Of a DNA stretch of 64,000 nucleotides, positions 1 to 13,924 are shown piece by piece. Position numbers and translations under genes: made by a program. This DNA is from Octopus vulgaris (Eukaryota). Within the stretch, counting starts at the first letter, position 1. Each line of letters starts with the position of its first letter. Below the pieces are notes generated by a model. It saw only the letters and a list, made by a program, of their open reading frames with translations. It searched no databases and had not been told where the DNA came from. The DNA is taken from positions 143,344,001 to 143,408,000 of the forward strand of contig OX597817.1 in assembly GCA_951406725.2 (NCBI GenBank), read 5' to 3'.

Positions 1-50
<50 letters not shown>
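1..50. repeat. (AAT)n microsatellite
   Basis: Perfect AAT repeat directly upstream of the Dong-like LINE. Confidence 0.95.
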
Positions 51-51
<1 letters not shown>

Positions 52-52
<1 letters not shown>

Positions 53-867
53 TGAAATCCAAACTAAAAATAGAACAGCAACGAGCCATGATAAAACGAT
101 GGCAAGAAAAGACCCTTCATGGTAAATACTGCACTAAACTAAACGCAAAAGAAATAGACAAAGAAAAATCTCAGCAATGGTTGAGAAGCTCAGGACTCAA
201 AGCAGAAACAGAGGGATTTTTAATTGCAGCACAAGACCAAAGCCTCCCCACCAGAAATTACCAAAAACATGTAATGAAAAGAAATATTACAAGTAACTGC
301 AGAATATGTGGAGATGGACAAGAAACAATAGATCATATTATCTCTAGCTGCCCAGTCCTGGCTAAGAAGGAATATATTCACAGACATGACAGAGTTGGAA
401 CCTACATACATTGGAAGCTATGCCAACATTATGGAATAACAACAGAAAAAAGATGGTATAGGCACACACCAGAAAAGGTCACAGAAAACGAGAATGCAAC
501 TATACTCTGGGATATGCCGATACACACAGATAGAGAAATTAAGGCCAACAGACCAGATATAGTTGTCAGAGATCATGAAGAAAAAAAATGCTTTCTAATT
601 GATGTATCAATACCGGCAGATGACAACGTGTCTCTAAAAGAAATGGAGAAACTCTCAAAATACAAAGACCTGGAAATAGAGGTAACTAGAATGTGGAACC
701 TGAAAACAGAAACAATTCCTATCATAGTAGGCGCATTAGGCATGATAAAAAAATATTCAGACAAATACATAACAAAAACACCAGGACTTACAAACACATA
801 TAACATACAGAAAATTGCACTACTAGGCACTGCACACATCCTACGCAGAAGACTTTCCATACAATAA
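52..867 (+). CDS. C-terminal part of an R4/Dong-clade non-LTR retrotransposon ORF (CCHC knuckle plus restriction-like endonuclease), 5'-truncated
   Basis: AAQDQSL; CRICGDGQETIDHIISSC; RHDRV; ILWD..RPDIV..IDVS..K..KY..L; PIIVGALG. Uninterrupted 271 aa; the ATG is probably an internal Met. Confidence 0.9.
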
Positions 868-980
868 CCATCAGAGCATCACAACAAATCACAGCACATA
901 CCCAAGGCACACAGAGCTGCGCTCGGTAGTGAAGTGAAAGCACGCTATAAAAATAAAACTACTGAATAATAATAATAATA
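52..980 (+). mobile_element. 5'-truncated R4/Dong LINE in (TAA)n
   Basis: ORF plus ~100 bp 3'UTR ending aaataaaactactg-(aat)n; (AAT)n on both sides. Confidence 0.88.
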
Positions 981-981
981 A

Positions 982-1100
982 ATGTACATTGTTTTGTCTT
1001 GGTATAAAAAATGGGCTACAGCAAATATTCTGCTCAATACCACAGATTTGCTTGTCAGTTGTTTGACCTTAACCAGTTGAGCATGTCCCTTAGTGGCTGA
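982..1100. repeat. Fragment of an unclassified interspersed repeat
   Basis: Near-identical to ~13348-13467. Confidence 0.8.
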
Positions 1101-2150
1101 CATCCACTTTCACTCACCTTTCAAGAAATTCACGGAGATTGGAGCAGCACAACCCTCTCAAGGCTACCCTTTCAAATGGAATTTTAAAAACTCGATACGG
1201 GCTTGGCCGAAGAGGAAACCGTTTATCTTCAATCCTATCAGTCTCATCCACCAGACAACCACTTTCGCCAGAGCCACCAGACAGAGGAAGACTGCCTGCA
1301 CTTCTCGACCAAAGGAGGGTGGCGAGACGGTCTTCGCACTGAAGTCGGATGATAGCCAGATCTGTCCTGCACCTGAGAGCTGATATTCGACATAACTCGA
1401 CAAGTCAGTAATGCTCGAACACTTTACAAACGCATGCAGGACGGTCGGTTCCATCGCTCTGCGCGTCAGGCTCGGCTGACGACACTATCATGTCTGTTGA
1501 GTTGATCTCGAACGACCAAACATCCTCACCCCCCCAGTAATTGGACCACGCTGGAAATTTCGGAAAATTAATGGAAACCTGCCTGAAGGACAAGCCAATT
1601 TTCATCGGCACCCAAAGCTTCCCCGAGGACGTCGTCGCTCTTACCCACCATTAATCTACTGTAGAACGCCACGGTGGAGCCTCCACCGGCCGCATTTCCC
1701 GAATGGCAGAAAGCTGTGAGCGCCTAACGGCACTGAAGGTGCCAGGGACCCTTCCTCGGTCTATGCTTGATCCAAGACTACTTCTCTGTCAGAGAAACGA
1801 GCTACAGACAAGAGAGGCTGACAAACGGCAAACACAGCTGCTCACCGTCAAGGAAACGCTTGAGATTTCACAGCCTCAACGCATGTCAGGGCACCCTTAG
1901 CCACGGAATGCTCAGTCCTCCATGCAGCAGATGTTAGCAGAAAATGGACAGTCTGATCAATGGAATATTCTCTTCCACAGAAAGCGGAAGAGCGGGCTCC
2001 AATCCACTCAAACGTGAACTGCGGCAAGGCATGACAGTTAGACGGTAGGAGATGACAGATGCGATGCAAGCATTCGCCGCCTCCGCCTAACCCCAGGAAC
2101 AGTTTCCTCTCGGTCCATTTCATCTATTCCCTCACCTCTCTTATCTGATC
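1100..2150 (-). mobile_element. Decayed L1/Tx1-like LINE, 3' part of ORF2
   Basis: Frameshifted minus-strand pieces: KWTERKL..AEAANACIASVISYRLTVMP, LWK/NIPLIRLSIFC*HLLHGGLSIPW, TVLHAFVKC, LVALAKVVVWWMRL. Confidence 0.7.
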
Positions 2151-2234
2151 AATATAAACACACACCCACACACACACAACAAGCATACATACATACAAAT
2201 ACACACACATACACACACTAACATATATATATAT

Positions 2235-2413
2235 GCGAGCTGGCAGAAACGTTAGCGCGCAGGGCGAAATGCTTAGCGGTATTTCGTCTGTCGTTACGTT
2301 CTGAGTTCGAATTCCGCCGAGGTCGACTTTGCCTTTCATCCTTTCGGGGTCGATAAATTAAGTACCAGTTACGCACTGGGGTCGATGTAATCGACTTAAT
2401 CCGTTTGTCTGTC

Positions 2414-2416
<3 letters not shown>
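2235..2416 (+). mobile_element. SINE family A (tRNA-derived head, Meta-like central domain)
   Basis: gagctggcagaaacgttag...gagttcgaattcc B-box...gcctttcatcctttcggggtcgataaattaagtacc; many copies in the window. Confidence 0.85.
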
Positions 2417-2489
<73 letters not shown>

Positions 2490-2491
<2 letters not shown>

Positions 2492-4544
2492 TATCATTAT
2501 GAACCAATAGCATTATCACAGCAGAACAAGAAGCTGGGATGAAGGGAGTTTAGGGATAAGCTGAGCAAGTATCAACCAACAAAACTGTGATGTCAAAGGT
2601 GCGAGAGCATAGGAGGAACCTAGTTTCAATGTGGCTAGACTCCAAGAAAGCCTTTGACTCTGTTCCTCACTAATGGATGCTAGACGTTCCAGTGAGAATA
2701 GTCAAAGCCATAGCTGACTTGACTTCATCGTGGGCCACCGTCTTGAATTAGACACAAAGAGTGACTGTATTATCACCGATAGAACACAATATCGCCAAGG
2801 CATATTCCAAGGAGACAGCCTCTTTGTGATGTTGTTTATACTTTCTGTGAACCCCTTGTCATTCATGTCAAGGAAGTCTGAAGGGTATATCACTGGTTCA
2901 CAAGGAAACAGAAATACTGATATAACACACTGATTCTTTGTGGATGACTTCAAACTTTATGCCACGTGATGAAAAAGGGCCTTGACCTTGTTACAACATT
3001 CTCAAAGGATGTAGGGTTGGAGTTTGGTCAGGATAAATGTTGTTATATTGTTGTGAAAAGGGGGAAAAGTATAAACCAGACTAATAACATCTCCATCAAT
3101 GATTCCCCTTATCTGACGAGGAATGTTACAGGTATCTAGGAGTGGATGAAAATATATCTTACAATGGCACCTGTAACAAAATACGTGTCACTAAAGAATA
3201 TTACAGCCGAATAAAGAATATTTGGACCTCAGAACTCTCTGCATGCAATAAAACAGTGGCCCAGAATGTGTTTGCAGTGCCAGTACTCATACCAACATTT
3301 GGGCTGCGTGATTGCACGCTTGATTAGATCCGAGCCATTGATGTGAAAACCCCAAAAAAATACTAACAAATACATATAATTTCCACATAAACCGTGATGT
3401 AGACCGCCTCTACCTTATACGGAAACAAATGTCGTATCATATCCTTTCGGCAACAGCTTTTAACCACAAAGCATGGAAGTGCATCCCTTGACCAAGTTTG
3501 CATACATGAGGCTGATAACATCATAAGACTTGGAAGGAAGCTCCTTGAGCAATACTCTTTGTCTAGAATGCATGCCCAAAGAAGTCGTACGATTCTACCG
3601 CAACGTATCATCAGATAAAAAGATGAGCAGAAGACTATGCATTGATATGTTAGTGGAAAGATCCGAGATGATAGTAACATCGATCATCAAAGCAGTCTAT
3701 CATGGACGAATAGCCGGATTATTACCTCCCACTTTGAAGGGTATGTGTTTGCAATCCAGGAGCAGGAAATAGCAACCAAGTGCCTGAAGCACAAAAGGGG
3801 TAGAGATGCAAGAAAAGCAGTAAAATGTGACAACCGATGAAGACTTTGTGGAATTCAAACTGAAGATATCACCGACATCATAAACAGTTGTCCGAAAATG
3901 TCATCACGGTATTATCTGCCGATGAGACATGACGTTGTAGCTAGGATACTCTATAATGAAATCCGTCGGAAGGATAATCCTGAGGACAAAGAAATAAAAT
4001 CCCACAGTATAGTAGAAGCCATAGCCACTCATAATGAAAAGGAATACTGGTGGAATGTACCAGTGAAGACCTCAATAAAATGTAGACACAACTGACCTGA
4101 TATAATGATTTGGGATAAAGAAGAGAAACTGTTCACAGTTGTGGAAATTAGCTGCCCAGTGAATGTTAATATAAGGCTGAGGATCAGTGAAAAAGAGAAC
4201 ACCTAAGTTGAACTATTTAGAAATCTACAGTTACTCTATCCAGATTACAACTTCAGGTTTATACCTGTAATTATTGGGGCCCTGGAATACGTAACACCCT
4301 GTCTAAATATCAATCTGGAGAAATTAGGCTTCTCAAAACCAGAAAGGAGAAAGCTAATTCGAAGACTACAGATCCAATCCATCACTGCAACTGTAAAAAT
4401 CTGTAAAACTTTCCAGAAGTTTATCATTTAAATATATATGAGTATGCCTAGATATGCAACTATATCTACATACAAATCTGCACATACATACATACATACA
4501 TACATACATACATACATACATACATACATACATACATACATACA

Positions 4545-4575
<31 letters not shown>

Positions 4576-4650
4576 GAAGGAGTCTTGGATCTAGGTTAGA
4601 AACCGGTTCTTTCTCCATTGGCAAGAAATCTTGAAATAAACTGAATAATG
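2490..4650 (+). mobile_element. Decayed R4/Dong-like RLE LINE, (CATA)n-associated family
   Basis: RT motifs WLDSKKAFDSVPH, GIFQGDSL, FVDDFKLY; SCPKMSSRYYLPMRHDVV; PDIMIWD; PVIIGAL. Many stops and frameshifts; 3'UTR contains (CATA)n and ends aataaactgaataatga-(cata)n. Confidence 0.85.
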
Positions 4651-4857
4651 ACATACATACATACATACATACATACATACATACATACATACATACATGC
4701 ATGCATGCATGCATGCATACATACATACATACATACAAGCATGCATACATACATACATACATACATACATACATACATACATACATACATACATACATAC
4801 ATACATACATGCATACATACATACATACATACATACATACATACATACATACATACA

Positions 4858-4886
<29 letters not shown>
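4651..4886. repeat. (CATA)n microsatellite
   Basis: Direct tandem repeat. Confidence 0.95.
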
Positions 4887-4888
<2 letters not shown>

Positions 4889-5239
4889 GTGGTATGATAC
4901 ACTTATAGTGTGACTGGCACTACAGCACTAAGTAAAATAATGATGCTTGCGAGGAGAAAATGTTTACGGAGATGAACTAACTGAAGATGTCTACTCACAC
5001 TATTGTAGATGAAACTGTCAGCTGCTTTACCATAGTCCCAACCACAGCATTCCAAACACCTGAAACAGAACAATACAAACAACCTATTTTTATTTCTATT
5101 ACCATTACTAGCGGCGGTACCCAGAGTTTCCTAGGTTTGTAAAAATTATAAGAAAATATCACATTGCTTACGCTCTTTTGTTTTAAATGATGCGTCTCTG
5201 ATGAAAATTTCTAATTCCTCGATACAAAACTGAGTTCTA

Positions 5240-5480
5240 GGACTTAGAACATATCAACATTCACTCCGTATGTTAATGTTAGCTGTCATATTGTGTATAG
5301 GGCAGATATGGCTGTCAGCCGAGACCATTGTGAGGACAGCAGCACCACCTTCCTTTAGCCGAGAGAAACACAGTTTTCCTCTGGTCGTTATGGCAAAAGA
5401 GTTAGTATGATGATAGGCAAGGCTGAGATAGGAGACAGACATTTTCCTCTCGGGCCAAACTTTCAACTTCTTCAAATTCT
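5240..5480 (+). mobile_element. Tx1-like LINE C-terminal fragment
   Basis: QIWLSAETIVRTAAPPSFSRE..VVMAKELV..FLSGQTFNFFKFYL; homologous to 1180-1380 on the minus strand. Confidence 0.6.
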
Positions 5481-6039
5481 ATTTGAATATGGAGGGACAG
5501 GCGATCCCAACCTTTCCAGAAGTAAATTATTTAAATGAATGGCAGCAGAGAGTATGGCCTCTTTGGAAAATGCGTCAACTCATAGAATATAACTACACAC
5601 CAGAGAAATCTGTCGGCCAAGAAGCCCCAAGAACGGAGCTGATAGACTCTTTGATTGGCCCTTGAGATTATCCCTTATTGAGTCGTTTCATTTCATTACT
5701 TTTGTCTTTTGTTGTTTTTTAAGAGTAGATTTTTTTTTTTTATCTATCTTTTCTAATTGTCACAATCGATTCTGTGTAAACGCCTACATTTTATAACATT
5801 CTACATCCGGCTTCCTTCCATCCATCCATTTTTCCCACCCATTATACTTGGGTGGGTCGTAGAGGTAGAGTCCTCATGCACCTCCTCCGCAGGGTCCTAT
5901 CAGAAGCAACCATCATTAGACTTTTAGGCTGGATTCTTAACTATGATCAACTGAGATTATGGATATTTTCAAACCATCTTGTTCTTAGTCTAACCCCAGG
6001 CCTCCTGCCAATTGGCTCAGCTTCAGGAATATTTCTATT

Positions 6040-6320
6040 ATTTAAGACGTCGTGATGTTGATTGAAGATATTGTACTGTCAGTCAAGTCACAATAAGGAC
6101 CTCAGACAGAAAGTACATTATTTCCAAGCAATACCGATTTTTGCAGTACACCTAGATTGTAGGACATTTCTAAAGTTTCCAGATGTTTCTTCAGGTTGGA
6201 CGCTATTGAACCCAATGCCCCGATGATAATAGGGACAATCTTTACGTTTGACTCTAACACCTTGTCTGTCTGGAAATCAAAGTCCCAGATGGGTTTTGCC
6301 TTCCCTTTTTCGTCTAAGGC
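6040..6320 (-). mobile_element. R4/Dong-like RLE 3' fragment with internal deletion
   Basis: IWDFDFQTDKVLE/SNVKIVPIIIGALGSI..LQKSVLLG. Confidence 0.7.
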
Positions 6321-6845
6321 GGCGAGCTGACACTACCGGGAAGGCAGATAGGCAAAATTGTTAAAGTGTCGGTTGTTTGATGAAAACAGGGCAGATGAAG
6401 AAGCTTCTATAGTAAAACTATGAAAAATTACAGCAATTCCAAGAATGTCACCAAAGAAAGTTCGAGCAGAATAAGGGTCTGCTAAATTTAAGAGATCAAT
6501 GGAATTATTTCGCAAAATTTCTCCAGATTTTACAGTAAAAAAGTGAATGAAGTATAATTAATAAAAGAAGAAAGACAAAATGGTCTGTGTTTTGATTAAT
6601 TGATTAATTTAAGCGATCCATGAAATTATTCGTCAAAAGCTGTCCAACTTCAATGATTTACTGTATCAGAAAAGCAATGAAGAACTCTCTCGAAGACTGG
6701 CAAAAAGAGTCAGGCAAAATAACGGTCCTTGTTTTATTTACAGGATCTTGAATGTAATAGAACTGGTATATTATTTAGTAAAAGTTCTTCAGCAATAAAG
6801 AATTCCAGCTCTCTTGAAGACAGACAAAAAGAAATCTCAATAAAC

Positions 6846-7154
6846 TTACCATGTGCTAAATTGTGGGGTGAAGTTTGTAAACAAGGAGAATTGCTCCATC
6901 ATAATCCGTTTCAAAGCCTCGTCGAATTCATTCGAATTGTCTTTGGGGGCTTTCTTTGTGCTTTTTGGAATCGATGGTATAATGTGTTGTCTGACTGGAA
7001 TGTAGCTGTCACAGAACTGTGGGACTTGTGGAAACATGTAATGGACAGAATCAGAGTGAAAGTTCATGCCTGAAGTGCTGTCTTGCAGAAATCCTCCTGG
7101 CGCATTGAAAAAGCTGTTGACCGGAAAGTTAGAGTAACCTGTACACGGTATCAC
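6846..7154 (-). CDS. Putative host-gene exon, possibly the last; unknown protein
   Basis: Acceptor ttatttcag|GTG at 7154 (phase 0); open frame VIPCTGYSNFP...FSTW; ends at TAA 6846 or at donor TG|gtaagt 6850; non-repetitive sequence. Confidence 0.6.
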   Translation of the reverse strand: MIPCTGYSNFPVNSFFNAPGGFLQDSTSGMNFHSDSVHYMFPQVPQFCDSYIPVRQHIIPSIPKSTKKAPKDNSNEFDEALKRIMMEQFSLFTNFTPQFSTW

Positions 7155-7404
7155 CTGAAATAAGATATGGTTATATTGTATGCGTCTGGCTTGTGTGTGT
7201 GTGTGTGTGTGCGCGCGCGCGTGCGTGTGTGTGTGTGCGTGTGTGTGTGTGTGTGTGTGTTATGTTGTTATGTATGAATGGATGTGTAATTTCTGTACAT
7301 AAAATACAAGAACATGTATATTCAGGCAATATTTTCGAGCAAGCTGAAACTTCGAAGTCACTATCAACCGTCTGCTTGTTGAAGTTTAGTAAACTCTCTC
7401 TCTC

Positions 7405-7797
7405 TCTTTTACTCTTTTACTTGTTTCAGTCATTTGACTGCGGCCATGCTGGAGCACCGCCTTTAATCGAGCAACTCGACCCCGGGACTTATTCTTTTTG
7501 TAAGCCCAGTACTTATTCTATCGGTCTCTTTTTGCCGAACCGCTAAGTAACGGGGACATAAACACACCAGCAAAGCTAGGGGGACAAACACAGACACACA
7601 AACACATATATATATATATATAAATACATATATACGACGGGCTTCTTTCAGTTTCCGTCTACCAAATCCACTCACAAGGCTTTGGTCGGCCCGAGGCTAT
7701 AGCAGAAGACACTTGCCCAAGGTGCCACGCAGTGGGACTGAACCCGGAACCATGTGGTTGGTTAGCAAGCTACTTACCACACAGCCACTCCTGCGCC
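7405..7797 (-). mobile_element. SINE family B (tRNA-derived head, CORE-like ccttgggcaagt segment, internal microsatellite)
   Basis: ggcgcaggagtggctgtgtggtaag...gggttcagtccc...ccttgggcaagtgtctt...gactgaaacaagtaaaaga tail. Confidence 0.85.
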
Positions 7798-7974
7798 TAT
7801 ATGTACTCCACTTTAAAATATTCAGTAATCTTTCAGTTTAATGCTAAATTGTTTCCATAAATTTTCGTTAAAACAAATGTGAAATATATATATATAAGGC
7901 GAGCTGACAAAACCGTTAGCATTCCGAGAAAAAAATGGTTAGCGGCATTTCGTTCGCGTTTACTTTGTTACATG

Positions 7975-8042
7975 TTTATTGTGTTTGTTGAATAAAATTT
8001 GTTGAAAAAAAAGCCGCAATAATTATGCACCAACCCAATATA
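7975..8042. mobile_element. Mariner-type terminal fragment
   Basis: cgcaataattatgcaccaacccaa-TA resembles a mariner TIR end. Confidence 0.5.
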
Positions 8043-8044
8043 TA

Positions 8045-8635
<591 letters not shown>

Positions 8636-9379
8636 CTTTCTTATACGTATTTTTGTTACAACGAAAAGTTGGTAATGTCTTCGAAGTTTCGACGCAGCTG
8701 CCTTTTTCGGATTGTCTAACGAAGGCAATTCAGCCGAATATTTCAAGGTCACAGGCAACCGTTTCTTTGCAAAAGTAAAATAAATGTATATATAATCTAC
8801 TTGACTTTTTATATTATATAACTACGCATAAAAATAATACATACAATGCACACATAAAAATAATATCTTCTAAAAGAAAAAGCATGTCGCCATTTTTTTT
8901 TTCATGTACAAACCAAGAGTTGAAAACCAGTAGAAATAGAGATTTCTTTGATGTGAAATCTCGAAAAAGATTCTCAATCTCGTCTCTCAGTAATTCGATT
9001 CAAAGATATCCAATTTCTTTAATTTTCATTTATTTTTCAAAACCTGGAACGTCATAAAGAGAATCACAATTCTTGACTTGAAGCGTGCATAAAACAGACA
9101 AAGAATATTCTGGAAGATTGTCACAGACTTGTCCATTATCATTTTGTTTTTCACTGAAGTTCAAAGTTCATTTTTTAATGATGACCAGCAATGTCCGTCG
9201 GAAATACCAGCCGCCACGTTCATTCTTTCAGAAAAAAGACAAGCCGCTCGCGAGGGCTAATGGTAACGCGTAGTCCAATACAACTTATTGCATAAATAAA
9301 TAACAGTGACAAATGAAAAATACACCGCCGGAAGTTCTTGTTGATAAACAACGGCAGTAATTTTATTCAGCCAAATACA

Positions 9380-9570
9380 CATCATTGATTGGTTGAAATT
9401 ACCGAAATGGGACTGCTTTAACGTGAAATTACTTCGTAAATATAAGTTTTTCTCAAAAATGCTAAGAGTAAAAGATGTTTTGTATGAGACCTTCTAGCAG
9501 TGTCCGAAATTTGAAAGTGTTTAGTTACAAAAATTATTTTTTAAATCTGTAGGTCAAAAGGTAAAGATCC
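9380..9570. mobile_element. DNA-transposon terminus ending aaagatcc
   Basis: Repeated at 44240-44308; related termini at 43011 and 44750. Confidence 0.5.
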
Positions 9571-9909
9571 GTGGCTTATCACAACTGAAATCTAATGAGT
9601 TAAACATATGTTGGTTTTATTGAGGATTTTATTTGCCAGTCAGTCCAGCAACTGATGAAAAACAAATTCCTAATATAATGTTTACCAGAAACTGGAATAA
9701 TTTGTTGTTTGCTGATGTCATCAATTCTTAACAGAATCCTGTTTGTCTATTGTTATTTTCACATCTGAAGACAGTGATTCCGAATTGTGAGTTGGTGTTT
9801 CGGACTCTATAAATATTCCTGTTACATATACATTTATATTAAGAGAAAAAGGGAGATGGAAAAGAGAGGAGAGAAATGTACGCGCATGTGTGTGTGTGTG
9901 CATTTGGAA

Positions 9910-10030
9910 CAATATCGGCTATTTAATACCTTTCCAAAACATGAGAGATCTACATGGAGTAGGAGCAGACGGTTTCAAGAAACAACTTGACCTCTTGCTG
10001 TCCAAGGTCCCAGATAAACCTACGTCACCG
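9910..10030 (+). mobile_element. CR1-like LINE 3' fragment
   Basis: RLFNT.PKH/RDLHGVGADGFKKQLDLLLSKVPDKP. Confidence 0.6.
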
Positions 10031-10141
10031 TAACTTAGCGGTTCGGCAAAAGAGAGCGATAGAATAAGTCCTGGGGTCGATTTGTTTGACTAAAGGCGGT
10101 GCTCCAGCATGACCACATTCAAATGACAAAAACAAATAAAA

Positions 10142-10212
<71 letters not shown>

Positions 10213-10904
10213 CATATATATCGAACTCCCTCCTTCAAAAACACCAACCACAAAAGAGCTGTCATTGAAAAGGTAATAACATTGGCGGTGTCTTAGCATG
10301 GCCACAGCCTTTGGACTGAAACGCATAAAAGAATAAAAGAATACCATTAAAATTCCCCACTTAAAAGTCAGATCTTCAAAAGGTTAGTGCACGGTTTCAA
10401 AATCTACAGACGATAGAAAAAAAATTTTTTCCTCCATTGAAATCTGTATTTCTAAAATCTTCAAAGTTCAAGCTCACTAAATCGAACTGTAAACTTATCT
10501 AATGTTTGAATTGAGCAAAATCCCTGAATATCTTCGAAGTATTAACAGATTTAAGCGTGAAACAACAAAAGTATCGATTATTTTCTACCTTCCGTTCCAT
10601 GTTGAAACCTTGCACTGACTTTTTGAATATATTTTTTTGTTTAAGTGCGTAAGTTTTAATAAGGACAGCGTTGCGGTGCATACTGCATGTATATTTTGTG
10701 TGAGATATATTTTGTCCTGGTATTCAGCTTTTACGTGTTTCTCTCACTGAGCGACGGCCAGGCTGGAGCATCACCTTGAAAGGTTTAGTCGAACAAATCG
10801 ATCGACTACATATATATATATATTAACCCATTCATGCCGATCGTCCGTTTAAACTGACACTTAATTTATAAGGGTATAAAACAAGTACGTGATACGAATT
10901 GTGA

Positions 10905-11618
10905 TCTGGCAGAATCGTTAGCACGCCGGACAAAATGCTTTGCGGCATTTCGTCAGTTCTGAGTTCAAATTCCGTCGAGGTCGACTTTGCCTTTCATCCT
11001 TTCAGGGTCGATAAATTAAGTACCAGTTACACACTGGGGTCGATGTAATCGACTTAATCCGTTTGTCTATCCTTGTTTGTGCACTCTGTGTTTAGCCCCT
11101 TCTGGGTAGTAAAGAAATAGGTATTTCGTCTGCCGCTACGTTCTGAGTTCAAATTCCGCCGAGGTCGACTTTGCCTCTCATCCTTTCGTGGTCGATAAAT
11201 TAAGTACCAGTTACGCACTGGGGTCGATGCAATCGACTTAATCCGTTTGTCTATCCTTGTTTGTCCACTCTGTGTTTAGCCTCTTCTGGGTAGTAAAGAA
11301 ATAGGTATTTCGTCTGCCGCTACGTTCTGAGTTCAAATTCCACCGAGGTCGACTTTGCCTCTCATCCTTTCGTGGTCGATAAATTAAGTACCAGTTGCGT
11401 ACTGGGGTCGATGTAATCGACTTAATCCGTTTGTCTGTCCTTGTCTGTCCACTCTGTGTTTAGTCCCTTGTGAGCAGTAAAGAAATAGGTATTTCGTCTG
11501 TCTTTACGTTCTGAGTTCAAATTCCGCCGAGGTCGATAAATTAAGTACCAGTGGCGTACTTAATCGACTGGCCCCCTCCCCAAAAATTTCAAGCCTTGTG
11601 CCAAGTGTAGAAAAGAGT
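10905..11618 (+). mobile_element. Head-to-tail array of four SINE A units
   Basis: ~185 bp unit; junctions aaagaaata|ggtatttcg near 11119, 11303 and 11487. Confidence 0.9.
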
Positions 11619-12584
11619 ACACCTGTTTTTTTGTTTTGTTTTTTTGTTTTGTTTTTTTGCTTTCGTTTATTTTTTAGTCTTGTGTTTACTTCAATAACAT
11701 TTCTGATTCTAGTTTCCACCACGAAAATGCAGGATCCACAGCTTAGATGTTACGTTGACGATATTTAGGATATGCGTTCAATTCTCAGTCAAGCTAACTG
11801 TAAATGAGTGACAGCGGTACTCGGAGGTTAGTTCTATGACGGACAGATATCTCGCTCAGGAGTGAGTGTGGTACTTCCATCACTTAAGCGCCTTGAAAAT
11901 CTGGTTAAGGTTCGCCAAAATGTGCCCCTAGGTAAAACAGAGGCAAAAATGACAGTCTACCGTTATTCCTTTATAACTGCTTAGACATAGATGTTGGCAT
12001 AGCTGTGTGGTCAAGAAAAATACAAGCAAAGCTGTGGTCAGCACTGGTACACACGTAGCTGTGTGGTCAAGAAAGATGCAGGTATGGTTCTGCACTCAAG
12101 TGAGTGTATTTAAGACTGTCGATAAACGTGCAGGCCTTGTTGGTTGGGCTTGCTGTGTGGGGTCAACAGAGTCATAGGCGTGGCTGTGCGGTCAAGAAGT
12201 TTCCTTCACATCTCCGTTGTTTCTCGTTTAATCTCACTGCGACGCTGCTGTGGCACATGTATTTTAGTTGTAACCCCGAACTGCCAAAACCTTGCGAGTG
12301 TTAACCGGTCGAAGAAAACTGTAGTAACTCCGCAGATCGATCATTCACAGAATGTTTGCTCGGTTTAACACCACTGTTTGGTCCTTTGTTCGTCTTCAGC
12401 AGAGGTTTCGGGCGTGCTCTAAGGTTTTCCTTTCTTCCTTACACTCACGGAGGCCTCGAAAAGCTCGTGCATGTTTTTTCTTCTATCTTTTCACAGCCAT
12501 AAAACATCTTTTTTTTTACTTCTTAACTTATATAATATATCCGCTTCACTGCTTAAATATTTACACTTTACTGCTTATATTTTA

Positions 12585-12930
12585 CAGCCGCAGTTGTTTG
12601 GTTAAGTAGTTTGCTTCCTAACCACATGGTTGCGGGTTCAGTCCCACTGCGTGGCACCTTGGGCAAGTGTCTTCTGCTACAGCGTTGGTCCGACCAAATT
12701 CTTGGGAATGGATTTGACAGACAGAAACTGGAAGGAGATGGCCGCCATGTGTGTACGTCTTGGTGCATGAGCCTGCACACCAACTTAGCGTTTCGGCGAA
12801 ACTGACCGATTGAATAAGTACCAGGCTTTAAAAACATAAGTACTTGGGTCGAATCGTTCGGCTAAAATTCCTCAAGGCGGTACCTCAGTATAGTCGCAGT
12901 CTAATGACTAGAACAAGTAAAAAGATAAAC
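12585..12930 (+). mobile_element. SINE family B
   Basis: Matches 7405-7797. Confidence 0.8.
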
Positions 12931-13097
12931 GATGAATGAATTCATCACACAAAGCCATCAACGTTCTATAATCCGCAAAGAGATTGATTTGGGGAAAAAA
13001 GGCGTTAGAAAAGGTTTAAGGCACCCAGCAGATTTCAGTGTCTCAGTTATGGATCGCGACATCAATGTTGCAGACTCCTGCGTTTAATCAACAACAG

Positions 13098-13170
13098 CCA
13101 TATGGCGTAATGGTTAAGAGCACAGGCTACTAATCCTAAGATTCCGAGTTCGATTCCAGGCAGTGACCTG
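13098..13170 (+). mobile_element. tRNA-Arg-like Pol III head followed by (AAT)n
   Basis: A-box tggcgtaatgg, B-box gagttcgattcc; resembles tRNA-Arg(ACG); second copy at ~50540-50612 on the minus strand. Confidence 0.65.
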
Positions 13171-13192
13171 AATAATAATAATAATAATAATG

Positions 13193-13236
<44 letters not shown>

Positions 13237-13243
13237 CATAATC

Positions 13244-13280
<37 letters not shown>

Positions 13281-13282
<2 letters not shown>

Positions 13283-13797
13283 CCCTGATGCAGTACCAGG
13301 CAGTGGCTCTCATGGCTTCTGATCTTAACTGATTGGAAGTGTCATCATGTACATTGTTTTCTCTTGGTATAAAAGATGGGCTACAACAAATATTCTGCTC
13401 AATACCACAGATTTGTTTGTCAGTTGTTTGACATTAACCAGTTGAGCATGTCCCTTAGTGGCTGACGATATGTACATCTCTGATCACGAGCAGAAATAGT
13501 GGGGGAGCATCATAGCCATGTGTTAAGAGGAAATCTTTGGGGTTTGGATGATTGACCCTTGGAAACATGGGTGTTTCGTTCATCATCCTTAAACAATATT
13601 TATTCAGGGACCTTTTGAGCGGGATGGGTTTCTCGGCCTGAAGAAAATTCTAACTGGGCCCCACCTGTAAGGTCATGCGCTGTTTATCTTGACATGAGAT
13701 ACCCATGTCGCGCACATATGGTTGTGATGCATGTGCCTGGTGTATCCTTATCAGACGGGTAGTCGTGATGGGTATACTGGGCTTCGTATATTTTACC
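13281..13797. repeat. Unclassified interspersed repeat abutting (AAT)n
   Basis: Partial copy at 982-1100. Confidence 0.65.
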
Positions 13798-13924
13798 GCA
13801 TGCGTCTATGCCCAGTGAGAAATAGAAACACAGTATAAAGAACAAGAACGCTCATTTGCGAGCTGAACGTGAAGAGGATTCGACAAATCTAATCGTGTTT
13901 TCTTGATCCTTGACAGAATATTGG

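Noticed and set aside
4366-4913. MYVC/HTYI-repeat ORFs (also ~29100-32350 and 36900-38570)
   Set aside because: Translations of (CATA)n and (TG)n microsatellites
6345-6810. Plus-strand coding-like stretch (IHEIIRQKLSNF...)
   Set aside because: Short, broken by stops, no recognisable family; may be the 3'UTR of the minus-strand gene
13098-13170. Functional tRNA gene
   Set aside because: Poor acceptor-stem pairing, anomalous anticodon loop and no oligo-T terminator; treated as a TE-borne tRNA-derived head
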